Origin: an uncultured Thermoleophilia bacterium
GTDB lineage: Bacteria; Actinomycetota; Thermoleophilia; UBA2241
Reading direction: 5' to 3'
Length of the DNA stretch: 64,000 nt
Assembly (NCBI GenBank): GCA_963715985.1
Contig: CAVQSP010000014.1
Location: forward strand, 96,001 to 160,000
A program made the translations under genes and the position numbers. Positions 50,475-59,698 of this stretch are shown one piece after another. The stretch's first letter is position 1. Every line of letters begins with the position of its first letter. The notes under the pieces were generated by a model. That model was given only the letters and a program-made list of their open reading frames with translations. It was not told the origin of the DNA and made no database searches.

Positions 50475-50930
50475 CTATGTGCCCCTGTTTGAGGCCGCAT
50501 CGACCGTTGCGGCATCTGCGCGTACGCCGGCGACCCAGCGGCTCCAGCGAGACTCGAAGCGGGTGAACTGCCGCTGCTTGTCCGAGGCGGGCAGCGTGCT
50601 CTGTCGTATGGACTCGAGGGTGAGTTGCTTGAGCGTCGCCAGGTCGAGGCCTCAGGCCGGGTAGGCGACGGCGAAGTCGTCGCTCAGCTCCCCGCTGCCG
50701 AAGATGCCCGGGTCGTCGGAGGACAGGATGCAGTGCACGCCGCGCCGCAGCCGGCCTCTGGCCGGATGGCGGCGCAGGGCCTTCACGTAGCGCACCGCCT
50801 GGTTGCTGATCGGGCAGACCTCCACGCTGACGCCCTGCTCGCGTACGTCGGCCCCCAGCCCGGGGAAGAGGTCCATGTTGCGGCCGTGCCCGATGCGCTC
50901 GACGCCGAGGTCCAGGGCCTCGCCGGCTCG
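50475..50930 (-). pseudogene. Adenosine deaminase C-terminal remnant
   Basis: RIGHG, EVCPISNQ, ILSSDDPGIFG, then AYPA-TGA(50652-54)-GLDLATLKQL; N-terminal part absent. Confidence 0.75.
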
Positions 50931-50989
50931 CGATTCATGGACCTGCGTCGCGCCGGATCGCGACCCGCCGGCCTGCGCCGCTCCCGCGC

Positions 50990-51253
50990 TCACGACGTGC
51001 CGTAGTCGTCGCAGAGCTTCCCTCTGCCGGGCTGGTGCCGCGTTGGCCGCTTGCGGCTCCCGCCGACCGCCTCGAGCCGGGCGTGGCCGAGCCGGTCCAA
51101 CAGGCCGGAGATCTCCGCGGCGCTGCAATCGAAGCCCTCGCCGCGGATGAGCGCCATCCGCTCGTCGACGTCCGCGAGGGCCATCACTCTGGCGCGGAAG
51201 CCGGCGTCGCGGTGTACCCGTTCTATGAACATCCTGGCCTGAGCTGCGGACAT
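50990..51253 (-). CDS. Nif11-like leader peptide RiPP precursor
   Basis: MSAAQARMFIERVHRDAGFRAR..IRGEGFDCSAAEI..LEAVGG then 22-aa core. Confidence 0.75.
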   Translation of the reverse strand: MSAAQARMFIERVHRDAGFRARVMALADVDERMALIRGEGFDCSAAEISGLLDRLGHARLEAVGGSRKRPTRHQPGRGKLCDDYGTS

Positions 51254-51395
51254 GCCGGCCTCCTGCGCGGCGAGAGCCCCTGGTGCGTGCTCCCTCTATC
51301 GGCAGGGCGGCGTCGGGAGTCCACCTCTGGTCAGGACGCGGGGGATGCGGGTCGGCGGCGGGAACGGGCAGCGCGGCCGGGATGTGCGCCGCTGC

Positions 51396-51764
51396 TCAGG
51401 CGCCGCGGAGCACGCCGCGTCGCTCGTACACCGTGGCGGCCTCGAGCACGAGGGCTGCGCAGAGCGGCGCGCCGGCCGCCTCCAGGCGCGCCGCCACGGC
51501 ACGCAGCTCGGCGGCCGTGGAGCGGCCCGGGCGCAGGGCCTCGTAGATGCCCAGGACCTCGTCGTCGGGAAGGGCCGTGAGCTCCGCCGCGCGGCGGAGG
51601 TTCTCGCCGAGCTGAGGGTTGCCATGCTGCTCGGCGACGGCCGCCTGGTGGCGCAGGGTCTCGGGGTGGACCCGCAGGTCCTCTGGAGAGAGCTCGCCGC
51701 GCACGGCCGCCTCGAGGGTGATCTCTTCGAGGGGGCGGCCGCTGAGGGCGCGCCGCGCCGTCAT
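51396..51764 (-). CDS. pduE: B12-dependent diol/glycerol dehydratase small subunit
   Basis: SGRPLEEITL, ETLRHQA, NLRRAAEL, IYEALRPGRST, EAATVYERR. Confidence 0.9.
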   Translation of the reverse strand: MTARRALSGRPLEEITLEAAVRGELSPEDLRVHPETLRHQAAVAEQHGNPQLGENLRRAAELTALPDDEVLGIYEALRPGRSTAAELRAVAARLEAAGAPLCAALVLEAATVYERRGVLRGA

Positions 51765-54142
51765 CGCGCCGCCTCCACGTCCACCGGCGGCGCGCCGGGC
51801 GCCGTCTCGCCGCGCTCGACGGCGATGAGGGAGACCACGTCGGCGTGGTAGCGCGCCTCGATGGCCTGCTCGGTGTACGGGTTGCGAACCGGCGCCGGCC
51901 GCTCGCCCCTGGCGTGACGGGCCGCGTTGGCGCCAAGCGCGCGATACATCTCGAGGGTCAGAAGCGGCGCGATCGAGAGCAGTTCCAGGCAGGCCAGCGG
52001 CGGCAGGCCACGGCGGTGGATCAGCGCCGTGCCCTTGGCCTGCAGACCGACGGCGACGCCGGAGCCGGCCAGATCGGCGGCGGTCAGCCCGATGACGCCG
52101 AGGTCCACGGTGGACGGCACGCGCACGAGGCGGGCCGTGCAGCCCTCGTCCTCGATGCCGGCGACGATCTCGGCGAGCACGTCGCCCACCGGCAGCCCGG
52201 ACATCGTCAACCAGAGCCGGGTGGCGAGCGCCGGTGAGAGGCCGACGCAGACCTCGCGGGGGTCCGTGCCCGGCCGGGCCGGGCCCCGTTCGACGAGGCG
52301 GAACGAGGCGGCGCCGGCCGCGTGCTGCGCCAGCAGGTCGTCTCGCGAGCGCTGCTGGCGGATGCCGGCCATCTCCTCCCGGCGGGCCGGCGAGACCTCG
52401 TAGCCGGTTCCCGGCCCCTGGTAGTCGTTCGGGTCCGTGACCTTGGACAGCACGTTCATCTGCTCGTCGAAGATCGCGGCCGTCTGCAGGTAGTCCCCGG
52501 CTACACGGGCGCGGCCCATGGCGAGCACGCGCTCCGCCTCCTCCTCGAACCCCGTGGCCCAGAGTGCGCGCACCACGTCGAGGATGCCGATCTGCTTCTC
52601 GAGGATCGCGTCGGCCGCCCGCAGCACCGCCTGCGGGTCGGGCGGCGAGATGTCTTTGGAACCCTCCGCGATAACGACTTCGGCCATGTGCTCTTCAGTG
52701 AAGCCCGCTGGAGGATGGCCGCCGGGCGCGCGGCCGGGTGCCGAGCCGTCAGCCTCTCCCTCGACCAGGCCCAATTCCCAGTACGCCGCCAGCGTCGCCT
52801 GTGCGGCCCGCTCGCGCACCTCGCGCAGCCACTCCTCGCTCACCGGCCGCAGTGCCCCGTCCACGCCCCAGTCGCGCTGCAGCACGAGGAAGTCGTCCAG
52901 GTCCTCGCCGTTGAAATTGGAGGGGCCGAACATGTTGTCGTAGCGCAGGACCGCGCCGAAGCCCGAGAAGATGAAGTCCGAGCCCGCGAGGAAGAGGGGC
53001 ACAGTGTGCGCCGTGCGGCGCATGTCCGACTCGCTGACAAGCGAGTCGTTGCCGGAGCACGACTCCAGATCGCGGAGCATGACGAGGAGGTTCTCGGCGA
53101 GCAGCTCGCGCATGCCGTCCGGCACGCTTCCGACTACGCTCGCCCCGTCGATGCCGCCGTTCTGCACGCCCTGCGCGCCCATGGCGCGGGCCAGCGCGAC
53201 GCAGCGGGACTCGAGGCTGAACATGGAGCGGCCTTCGGCGGCGCCCATGAGCGCCTCCGCGCCGCCGCCGCTGGTGACGCGCATCTTGAGGCCGCGCGAG
53301 GCGTACGCCGAGCAGAGGAAGGCCTTGGACCAGGGTGTGTCGTCGCCGTCGAGGAAGGCCTTCTCGGTGCCGTAGAGCGAGACGGTCTCGGCGTAGGTGG
53401 TGAGACCGCGCAGCCCGAGGTCGAGCTCGAGGGCCTCCTCCACGGAACACTGCGTGAGTGCGCCGGCGGCACCGACCTGCGAGCCGATGAGCACGGCGAG
53501 GGCGTTGGACGGCGCATCCGCGTTGACCGGCACCGTGGTCTCGACCTCGCGGAACCCGAAGGCGACCGCGGTGGCCGCGTCGGCGGCCAGCAGCAGCGGG
53601 TCGTCGAGCAGGTTGGTGACGTGCGCCTGACTGCTGGGCGTGCGGCGCACGCGCATCTTGGAGACGGCCATCTGCAGCTCGACCGGCCGGAGCACGGCGA
53701 CGACGCGGGCGAGCTTCTCCGGGGTTGCGCCGCCGGCGAGGCGCACGACGTCCTCGCGCGGCACGGAGGGGCCGACGATCAGGCGGGCGAACGCGACGTC
53801 GTCGAGGGCGTTCGCCTCCTCCGCGACCGTGACGTCCAGGCCGCGAGCGGCGATGAACTCGTCGATGAGGTCGAAGGCGGTCGCCGGCCTGCCGTCGAGC
53901 TCGGTGACGCGGCCGCGTTCGTCAACCTGAACGGAGGGCTCGGGGTCGTTCGCGCTCGCGAACGCGACGAGCCCGGCCTCGTGGTCCTCGCGCGCTAGGC
54001 CATCGAGGTTGACCGGTCGCCTGTCGAGGCCGGCGAAGCGACCGAGCCGCGGCGGCGTGCTGCCCGGGGCGCGACCTGGAGTGCGGTCCGGCCGTGCGCC
54101 GGTCCGGTCGCTCGCGTCGGGTCTCGCGCCTTGGTCGGCCAT
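51761..54142 (-). CDS. pduC: Diol dehydratase, fused large and medium subunits
   Basis: RPVNLDG, QAHVTN, ETTV, TQCSVEEA, YAETVSLYGT, DGDDTPWSK, YASRGLKMR, DYLQTAAI; C-terminal beta domain AGIEDEG, GSGVAVGLQAKGT, LELLS. Confidence 0.9.
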   Translation of the reverse strand: MADQGARPDASDRTGARPDRTPGRAPGSTPPRLGRFAGLDRRPVNLDGLAREDHEAGLVAFASANDPEPSVQVDERGRVTELDGRPATAFDLIDEFIAARGLDVTVAEEANALDDVAFARLIVGPSVPREDVVRLAGGATPEKLARVVAVLRPVELQMAVSKMRVRRTPSSQAHVTNLLDDPLLLAADAATAVAFGFREVETTVPVNADAPSNALAVLIGSQVGAAGALTQCSVEEALELDLGLRGLTTYAETVSLYGTEKAFLDGDDTPWSKAFLCSAYASRGLKMRVTSGGGAEALMGAAEGRSMFSLESRCVALARAMGAQGVQNGGIDGASVVGSVPDGMRELLAENLLVMLRDLESCSGNDSLVSESDMRRTAHTVPLFLAGSDFIFSGFGAVLRYDNMFGPSNFNGEDLDDFLVLQRDWGVDGALRPVSEEWLREVRERAAQATLAAYWELGLVEGEADGSAPGRAPGGHPPAGFTEEHMAEVVIAEGSKDISPPDPQAVLRAADAILEKQIGILDVVRALWATGFEEEAERVLAMGRARVAGDYLQTAAIFDEQMNVLSKVTDPNDYQGPGTGYEVSPARREEMAGIRQQRSRDDLLAQHAAGAASFRLVERGPARPGTDPREVCVGLSPALATRLWLTMSGLPVGDVLAEIVAGIEDEGCTARLVRVPSTVDLGVIGLTAADLAGSGVAVGLQAKGTALIHRRGLPPLACLELLSIAPLLTLEMYRALGANAARHARGERPAPVRNPYTEQAIEARYHADVVSLIAVERGETAPGAPPVDVEAAR

Positions 54143-54276
54143 GTGGTCATCCTCCCGCGCGGATTCTAGCGGGTCGGGCGGGTGGCGCCCAGTAGGCAAG
54201 CTATCCAGTCGTGGCCCCCTGCGGTAGTCTCGTGATGAGTGCTCCCGCATGAGACCAGGACACAGGAGGGGTTCGC

Positions 54277-55047
54277 GTGAGGGTGAAGGACAAGGTGTGC
54301 TTGATCACGGGCGCGACGTCGGGCATAGGTGCCGCGACCGCCACGGTCTTCGCGGCCGAGGGGGCCCGCCTCGTCCTCACCGGCCGTGACGAGCAGCGCG
54401 GCGCCGACGTCGCCGCCGCGTGCCAGGCGCGGGGCGCCGCCGACGTGGTCTTCACCGCCGGCGATGTGACGGACGAGGCCGATGTGAACGGGATCGTGGC
54501 GGAGGCTCTGGCGAAGCACGGTCGAATCGACGTGCTCTTCAACAATGCCGGCACCATCGCTGATGGCACGGTGGCGACGACCAGCCAGGAGGCCTTTCGC
54601 AGGGTATTGGAAGTGAACCTGCTCGGGCAGTTCCTGTTCGCCCACGCCGTCGTCCCGGTCATGCAGCGTCAGGGGAGCGGCGTCATCGTGAACAACGCCT
54701 CCGACTGGGGACTGGTGGCGGGCCCGGAGGCCGTGGCCTACTGCTGCAGCAAGGCGGCTGTCGTGATGCTGACCAGGTGCATCGCTGTCGACCACGGGGC
54801 GGAAGGCATCCGGTGCAACGCCGTGTGTCCGGGTGACACGCTGACTCCCATGGTGCTGGAGGCGCGGGCGGGCCGTGACGGGGCGAGCGCTGCGGACTTC
54901 GTCGCGGCCGCGTCTCAGAGCGTGCCGCTGCGGCGAATGGCGGAGCCGGAGGAGATCGCTGCCGTCGTGCTCTTTCTGGCGAGCGACGAGTCGAGCTTCA
55001 TGACCGGCTCTGCGGTACCGGTCGACGGCGGCAACACCTGCCGGTGA
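54277..55047 (+). CDS. Short-chain dehydrogenase/reductase
   Basis: TGATSGIG, NNAG, YCCSK, PGDTLT, DGG. Confidence 0.93.
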   Translation: MRVKDKVCLITGATSGIGAATATVFAAEGARLVLTGRDEQRGADVAAACQARGAADVVFTAGDVTDEADVNGIVAEALAKHGRIDVLFNNAGTIADGTVATTSQEAFRRVLEVNLLGQFLFAHAVVPVMQRQGSGVIVNNASDWGLVAGPEAVAYCCSKAAVVMLTRCIAVDHGAEGIRCNAVCPGDTLTPMVLEARAGRDGASAADFVAAASQSVPLRRMAEPEEIAAVVLFLASDESSFMTGSAVPVDGGNTCR

Positions 55048-55111
55048 AAGCGGCGGCGCGCGTCCTGCCCGGCGCGCCGCCGCTCTCCGCGGACCCCCGC
55101 CGCGACTTGGG

Positions 55112-56278
55112 TCAATGGTCCTCGCCGGCCGCCTGCGCTGCCTCGAACAGGTCCATGAAGTCGGCTTGGGTGGCCACTCGCGGGTTGCTCTCCACCGACA
55201 CGTTCACCGACGATGCTTTGGCCAGCCGAAGGAAGTCCTCGCGGCGTACGCCGGCCTCGCCGGCGGACGGGATGGCGAGATCATCGGTGAGCTTGCGGAT
55301 GGCTGTGGACGCGAGACGCGCCGCCTCCAGCTCCGACAGCCCGGAGACGTCCTCGCCGAGTGCCTCGGCGACGACCGCGTACTTGTCCGGGACGGCCTCG
55401 CAGTTGAACGCCGTCACGACGGGGAGGTAGATCGCCATGGCGATGCCGTGGGGCGTGTCGTAGAGCCCGCCGATCGCCTCTCCCATGCAGTGCACGGCGG
55501 CGATGTCGGAGTTGCCGAACGCCACGCCGGCCAGGAGGCTGGCGAGCGACATGTCGTGGCGGGCGTGAGCGTCAGCTCCGTTCGCGTAGGCCTTGCGCAG
55601 CGAGGCGGCGACGAGCCGCATGGCGGACACGGCCAGGCTGTCCGTGAGGGGTTCGGAGGGCACGGATGTGAACCCCTCCACGGCGTGCGTCAGCGCATCC
55701 ACGCCGGTGTAGGCGGTCACCGTGGCGGGAAGCCCGAGGGTCAGCTCGGGGTCGACGAGGGCGACGGTCGCGGCGCACAGCGGGCTGCCGACGCTCATCT
55801 TGAAGGAGCGCTCGGTGTCGGTGATCACCGCCCAGAACGTCACTTCGCTACCCGTCCCCGACGTCGTGGGGATGGCGATCAGGGGGGTGATCGGCCTGGT
55901 CAGCATGCCGAGGCCCTCGTAGTCCTGGATCCTGCCCCCGTGCGTGGCCACCACCCCGATCGCTTTGGCCGTGTCCATGGGGCTGCCGCCGCCGATCGCG
56001 ACGAGCACGTCGCAGCCCTCGGACTCGACGAGCTGCGCACCCATTGCGACCGACGTGTCCCTCGGGTTGGGGGCCACACCGTCGAACAGGACGGTGGTGA
56101 GGCCGGTCGCCACGAGCCGGTCATTGACCGGCTCGACCAGGCCGGCCGCCAGCACGCCCGGATCGGTGACGATGAGGGCCCGCGTGCCGCCCAAGGCCTT
56201 CGCCTCGTCGCCCACCGTCGCCGACACGCCGGTGCCGAACTCGATGCGCGTCGGCAGCTGAAAGCTGAAGCTCTTCAT
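55112..56278 (-). CDS. Iron-containing alcohol dehydrogenase (paralog of the gene at 1-937)
   Basis: GGGSPMDTAK, PTTSGTGSEVTFWAV, DALTHAVE, VHCMGE..PHG. Confidence 0.93.
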   Translation of the reverse strand: MKSFSFQLPTRIEFGTGVSATVGDEAKALGGTRALIVTDPGVLAAGLVEPVNDRLVATGLTTVLFDGVAPNPRDTSVAMGAQLVESEGCDVLVAIGGGSPMDTAKAIGVVATHGGRIQDYEGLGMLTRPITPLIAIPTTSGTGSEVTFWAVITDTERSFKMSVGSPLCAATVALVDPELTLGLPATVTAYTGVDALTHAVEGFTSVPSEPLTDSLAVSAMRLVAASLRKAYANGADAHARHDMSLASLLAGVAFGNSDIAAVHCMGEAIGGLYDTPHGIAMAIYLPVVTAFNCEAVPDKYAVVAEALGEDVSGLSELEAARLASTAIRKLTDDLAIPSAGEAGVRREDFLRLAKASSVNVSVESNPRVATQADFMDLFEAAQAAGEDH

Positions 56279-56280
56279 CC

Positions 56281-56988
56281 TCACACCCCCAGAAACGTGC
56301 GGTGGATCTCCTCGTTCTTGCTGAGCTCCTCGGTGGTCCCTTGCATGACGATGTGACCCTCGCGGATGACGTACACGCGCTCCGCCACCTCGAAGCTCAG
56401 CTTGACGTTCTGCTCGACCAAGCAGATGACTACGTTGTGTTGGTTGACGATCTCCATGAAGGCCTCCGCCAGCTTCTTGCGCACGATCGGCGCCAAGCCC
56501 AGCGTCGGTTCGTCCAGGAACAACAGCTTCGGGTTCGCGAGCAGGGCGCGTCCGATGGCGCACATCTGCGCTTCGCCGCCGCTGAGCGTGCCGGCCTGCT
56601 GCCCCAGGCGCTCCTCGAGTACCGGGAACAGGTCGAACACGTTGCGCAGCGTGATGGCGCTGTCCTTGGGGGCGTTGTAGCCGCCCAGCATGAGGTTGTC
56701 CTTGACGCTCATGTAGTCGAAGAGGTAGCGCCGTTCCGGGCACTGCACGACGCCCATCTGCACGAGCTGGCGGTTCGACAGACCTGCGATGGTCTCACCC
56801 TTGTAGATCGCGGAACCCTTCCACTTCAGCAGCCCGGTCATCGCATTGACGAACGTGCTCTTGCCGGCGCCGTTGGGGCCGACCAAGGCGATGCACTTCT
56901 CGCCGTCCTCGATGTGCACGTCGATGCCCTTCAGCGCCTCGACGCCGCCGTACTCCACACGGAGATCCTGTACCTCGAATAGGCTCAT
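56281..56988 (-). CDS. Branched-chain-type ABC ATP-binding protein (LivF-like)
   Basis: GPNGAGKS, LSGGEAQM, LDEPTLGLAP, VEQN. Confidence 0.9.
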   Translation of the reverse strand: MSLFEVQDLRVEYGGVEALKGIDVHIEDGEKCIALVGPNGAGKSTFVNAMTGLLKWKGSAIYKGETIAGLSNRQLVQMGVVQCPERRYLFDYMSVKDNLMLGGYNAPKDSAITLRNVFDLFPVLEERLGQQAGTLSGGEAQMCAIGRALLANPKLLFLDEPTLGLAPIVRKKLAEAFMEIVNQHNVVICLVEQNVKLSFEVAERVYVIREGHIVMQGTTEELSKNEEIHRTFLGV

Positions 56989-56994
56989 CTGACG

Positions 56995-57711
56995 TCACCC
57001 CATGTACGCGTCGATGACGACGGGGTTGTTGACGATCTCCTGGAACGGACCCTCGGCGATGACGGAGCCCCGGTCGATCACCGTGGTGACCTGAGCGACC
57101 TGCTCGACCAGACCGAGGTTGTGGTCCACGACGAGGATGGTGATGTCGTAGTCCTTGGCCACCATCCTGATGATGCGGGCCATCTCCTCGCCCTCTTCGA
57201 ACGACAGGCCCGCGAAGCATTCGTCGAGCATCAGGAAAGACGGACCCGTGGTCAGCACCTTGCCGAGCTCCAGCTTCTTGGCGCCCACCGCAGACAGGGC
57301 GGTCGGGAGCTCGTCGAGTGCGTCCTCGAGATCGACGATCCTGGCCACGCGCTCGACATCCTCCTTTGGGAACTTGTTGACGTCGACGCCGAGCTCGATG
57401 TGGCGGCGGATGGTCAGATCGGATACGTAGGTCGCGGTCTGGTTCGTCCAGTTGATACCGAGCCGCACCCGGTCCCACACCCTGGTCCCGGCGAGGTCCT
57501 TGCCCTCGAACAGAACCCTGCCGCCGTCCGGCCGGTAGTTGCCCATGATGGTCGCGATCATCGTCGACTTGCCCGACCCGTTGGGGCCGATGAGCCCCCT
57601 GATCTCACCCTTGTGGACGCTGAGGCTCACGTTGGTGAGGGCCTTGACGCCGGGGAACACTTTGTCGACGTTCTGCAGTTCCAGCACCGGTGTGCTCATT
57701 GACGTCGCCAT
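56995..57711 (-). CDS. Branched-chain-type ABC ATP-binding protein (LivG-like)
   Basis: GPNGSGKS, LDECFAGL, VIDAYMG. Confidence 0.88.
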   Translation of the reverse strand: MATSMSTPVLELQNVDKVFPGVKALTNVSLSVHKGEIRGLIGPNGSGKSTMIATIMGNYRPDGGRVLFEGKDLAGTRVWDRVRLGINWTNQTATYVSDLTIRRHIELGVDVNKFPKEDVERVARIVDLEDALDELPTALSAVGAKKLELGKVLTTGPSFLMLDECFAGLSFEEGEEMARIIRMVAKDYDITILVVDHNLGLVEQVAQVTTVIDRGSVIAEGPFQEIVNNPVVIDAYMG

Positions 57712-57712
57712 C

Positions 57713-58684
57713 TCAGGCCCCCGCCGATTCGTCCTGCGGCTTCTTCGCCTGACGCCCCACGCGTCGCACGCGCTCCGTGAGGCCGTCGATCATGCCGACC
57801 AGGCCCTTGGGCGCCAGGAAGTAGATGATGAAGCCGAGACCGTAGATGATGAGCCACTGCACGTAAGCGTCGACGTACTGCATCAGCTCCATGCTGAGGA
57901 AGACCACGAGATAGGCGCCGAGGATGGCCCCCCGCAGGCTGAAGCGCCCGCCGATGATGGCCATCACGATGATCCTGATCATGAACGCCAGAGCGAACGT
58001 GTTGGAGACCACGGCGGCGCCGGAGTAGTGCACGTACACCACGCCGCCGATGGCGCCCACGAGACCGCTGAGCAGCAGGAGCCGCCCCGTGTACTTGTGC
58101 GGGTCGGCGCCGGCCTGGCGGACGATCGACTGGTCCTCGCGGGCGAAGTCGATGACTTTGCCCGAATCCGACTTCAGGTACCAGGCGAAGAACATGCCGC
58201 AGGCACAGAGGAAGCCGGCGAGCACGAGGGCCAGCCACAGCTCTGAGAAGAGACCGTCGATAGGCGACAGGCCGATGTCGCCGCCGGTCAGCGGCCGCGC
58301 GTAGCTGGAGACGATGAGATTGGAGAGCGCGATGATGGACAAGAAGCTCACCATCTCGAAGCTCAGGCCGCTGATGCGTTTGTGGATCGGGTTGAGGTAG
58401 AGCCAGCCGCCGCCCGTGCCCACGACGACTCCGCAGATCATGCAGAGCCACATCGGCCAGCCCCAGTGGAAGTTCAAGGCAGCGCTGGTGTAGCCGGCGA
58501 GCCCGATGAAGATGACGTGCCCGAGGTTCAGGTAGCCGCTGAAGGTCGTGAAGAAGGACCAGCTCATCGCGAACACGGCGAAGAGCGTGGCGGTGATCAC
58601 GAACGACAGCTGGTCCGGCATAACGATCGCGATGACCGCCAGCACTCCAAACGTCGCGAGCCACTTGTACAGCTCTCTGGTCAC
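57713..58684 (-). CDS. Branched-chain-type ABC permease (LivM-like)
   Basis: SGYLNLGHVIF, LTGGDIGL, IIGGRFSLRGAILG. Confidence 0.88.
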   Translation of the reverse strand: MTRELYKWLATFGVLAVIAIVMPDQLSFVITATLFAVFAMSWSFFTTFSGYLNLGHVIFIGLAGYTSAALNFHWGWPMWLCMICGVVVGTGGGWLYLNPIHKRISGLSFEMVSFLSIIALSNLIVSSYARPLTGGDIGLSPIDGLFSELWLALVLAGFLCACGMFFAWYLKSDSGKVIDFAREDQSIVRQAGADPHKYTGRLLLLSGLVGAIGGVVYVHYSGAAVVSNTFALAFMIRIIVMAIIGGRFSLRGAILGAYLVVFLSMELMQYVDAYVQWLIIYGLGFIIYFLAPKGLVGMIDGLTERVRRVGRQAKKPQDESAGA

Positions 58685-58718
58685 GGACGCCTCTTTTCAG
58701 TATGTCGGGTCCGCGCGC

Positions 58719-59573
58719 TCATCCGATGCGGATCCCGGCCAAGCCCTTCGGGCGGTAGATGAGGATCCCGACCGCCACGCCGAGAAGGACGAAGGCTCTG
58801 ATTCGAGGGTCGATGAACGTCACGACGCCCACTTCGAGGACGCCGATGAGCAGCGTCGCGTACATGACGCCCTTGATGCTGCCAAGGCCTCCGAGGGTCG
58901 TGATGGTGAACATGATTACCAGGGGGTAGGCCCACATGTGGACGCTGACCCCGATGTAGCCGCCGTAGAAGTAGGCGCCGATGCCGAGAAGGACGCCGCC
59001 GACGAAGTAGACGAGCATCTGGATCTTGACGACGTCCAAGCCGATGACCTGGCTGCCGCGCACGCTCTGCGGTATGGCGATGATGGCGCGACCCATGTTG
59101 GTGTGCGTGGTGAAGTACTGCAGCGCGAAGAGGGCGATCCACCCGATCACGCCGCCCAGGATGAGCTCGCGCCGGACGGAGACCGTCAGCAGGTCGAGGG
59201 TACCGGGGAGGAGCGGGGAGATCTTGAAGCTGTAGCCCGAAGAGAAGACCATCGCCATGATGCTCTCCACGCCCAGCGCCAGGAGGATCGTGGCGAAGAA
59301 CACCCGGTACGGGTTGTCGCGCTGGGGCCGGATGAACACGTAGTAGTGCGCCAGGCACAAGGCGCCCAGGCCGAGCGCCACGATGGGCAACGCCCACTGA
59401 TCCACGTAGGGGCTCAGCTTGACGATGGCGAAGGCGCCGACCATCAGGTACGCGGGCAGGGTGATGTCGTAGAACCCACCCAGCCCGCAGATGAGCGAGA
59501 AGCCCACGGTCATGATGCCGTAGAGCGACGCGAAGATGACTCCGTAGATGATGACGTACGCCAGGTCGTGCAT
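58719..59573 (-). CDS. Branched-chain-type ABC permease (LivH-like)
   Basis: YGIMTVGFSLI, LGGLGSIKG, YRPKGL. Confidence 0.88.
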   Translation of the reverse strand: MHDLAYVIIYGVIFASLYGIMTVGFSLICGLGGFYDITLPAYLMVGAFAIVKLSPYVDQWALPIVALGLGALCLAHYYVFIRPQRDNPYRVFFATILLALGVESIMAMVFSSGYSFKISPLLPGTLDLLTVSVRRELILGGVIGWIALFALQYFTTHTNMGRAIIAIPQSVRGSQVIGLDVVKIQMLVYFVGGVLLGIGAYFYGGYIGVSVHMWAYPLVIMFTITTLGGLGSIKGVMYATLLIGVLEVGVVTFIDPRIRAFVLLGVAVGILIYRPKGLAGIRIG

Positions 59574-59698
59574 CAGGCTGGCCTCCCGGGGTGGACGACG
59601 TGGAACGAGCAGCCGCGCCGGGACCGCGCGTAGTGCGCTGCGCCCGTCACGACTGCCCGTTCCCGGTCAGTGTGCGCTCAGGCCGCCGTCCCCGCCCG

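Noticed and set aside
50652-50654. Selenocysteine or TGA readthrough in the deaminase fragment
   Set aside because: Position fits Trp rather than Cys and the gene is 5'-truncated, so a nonsense mutation is simpler
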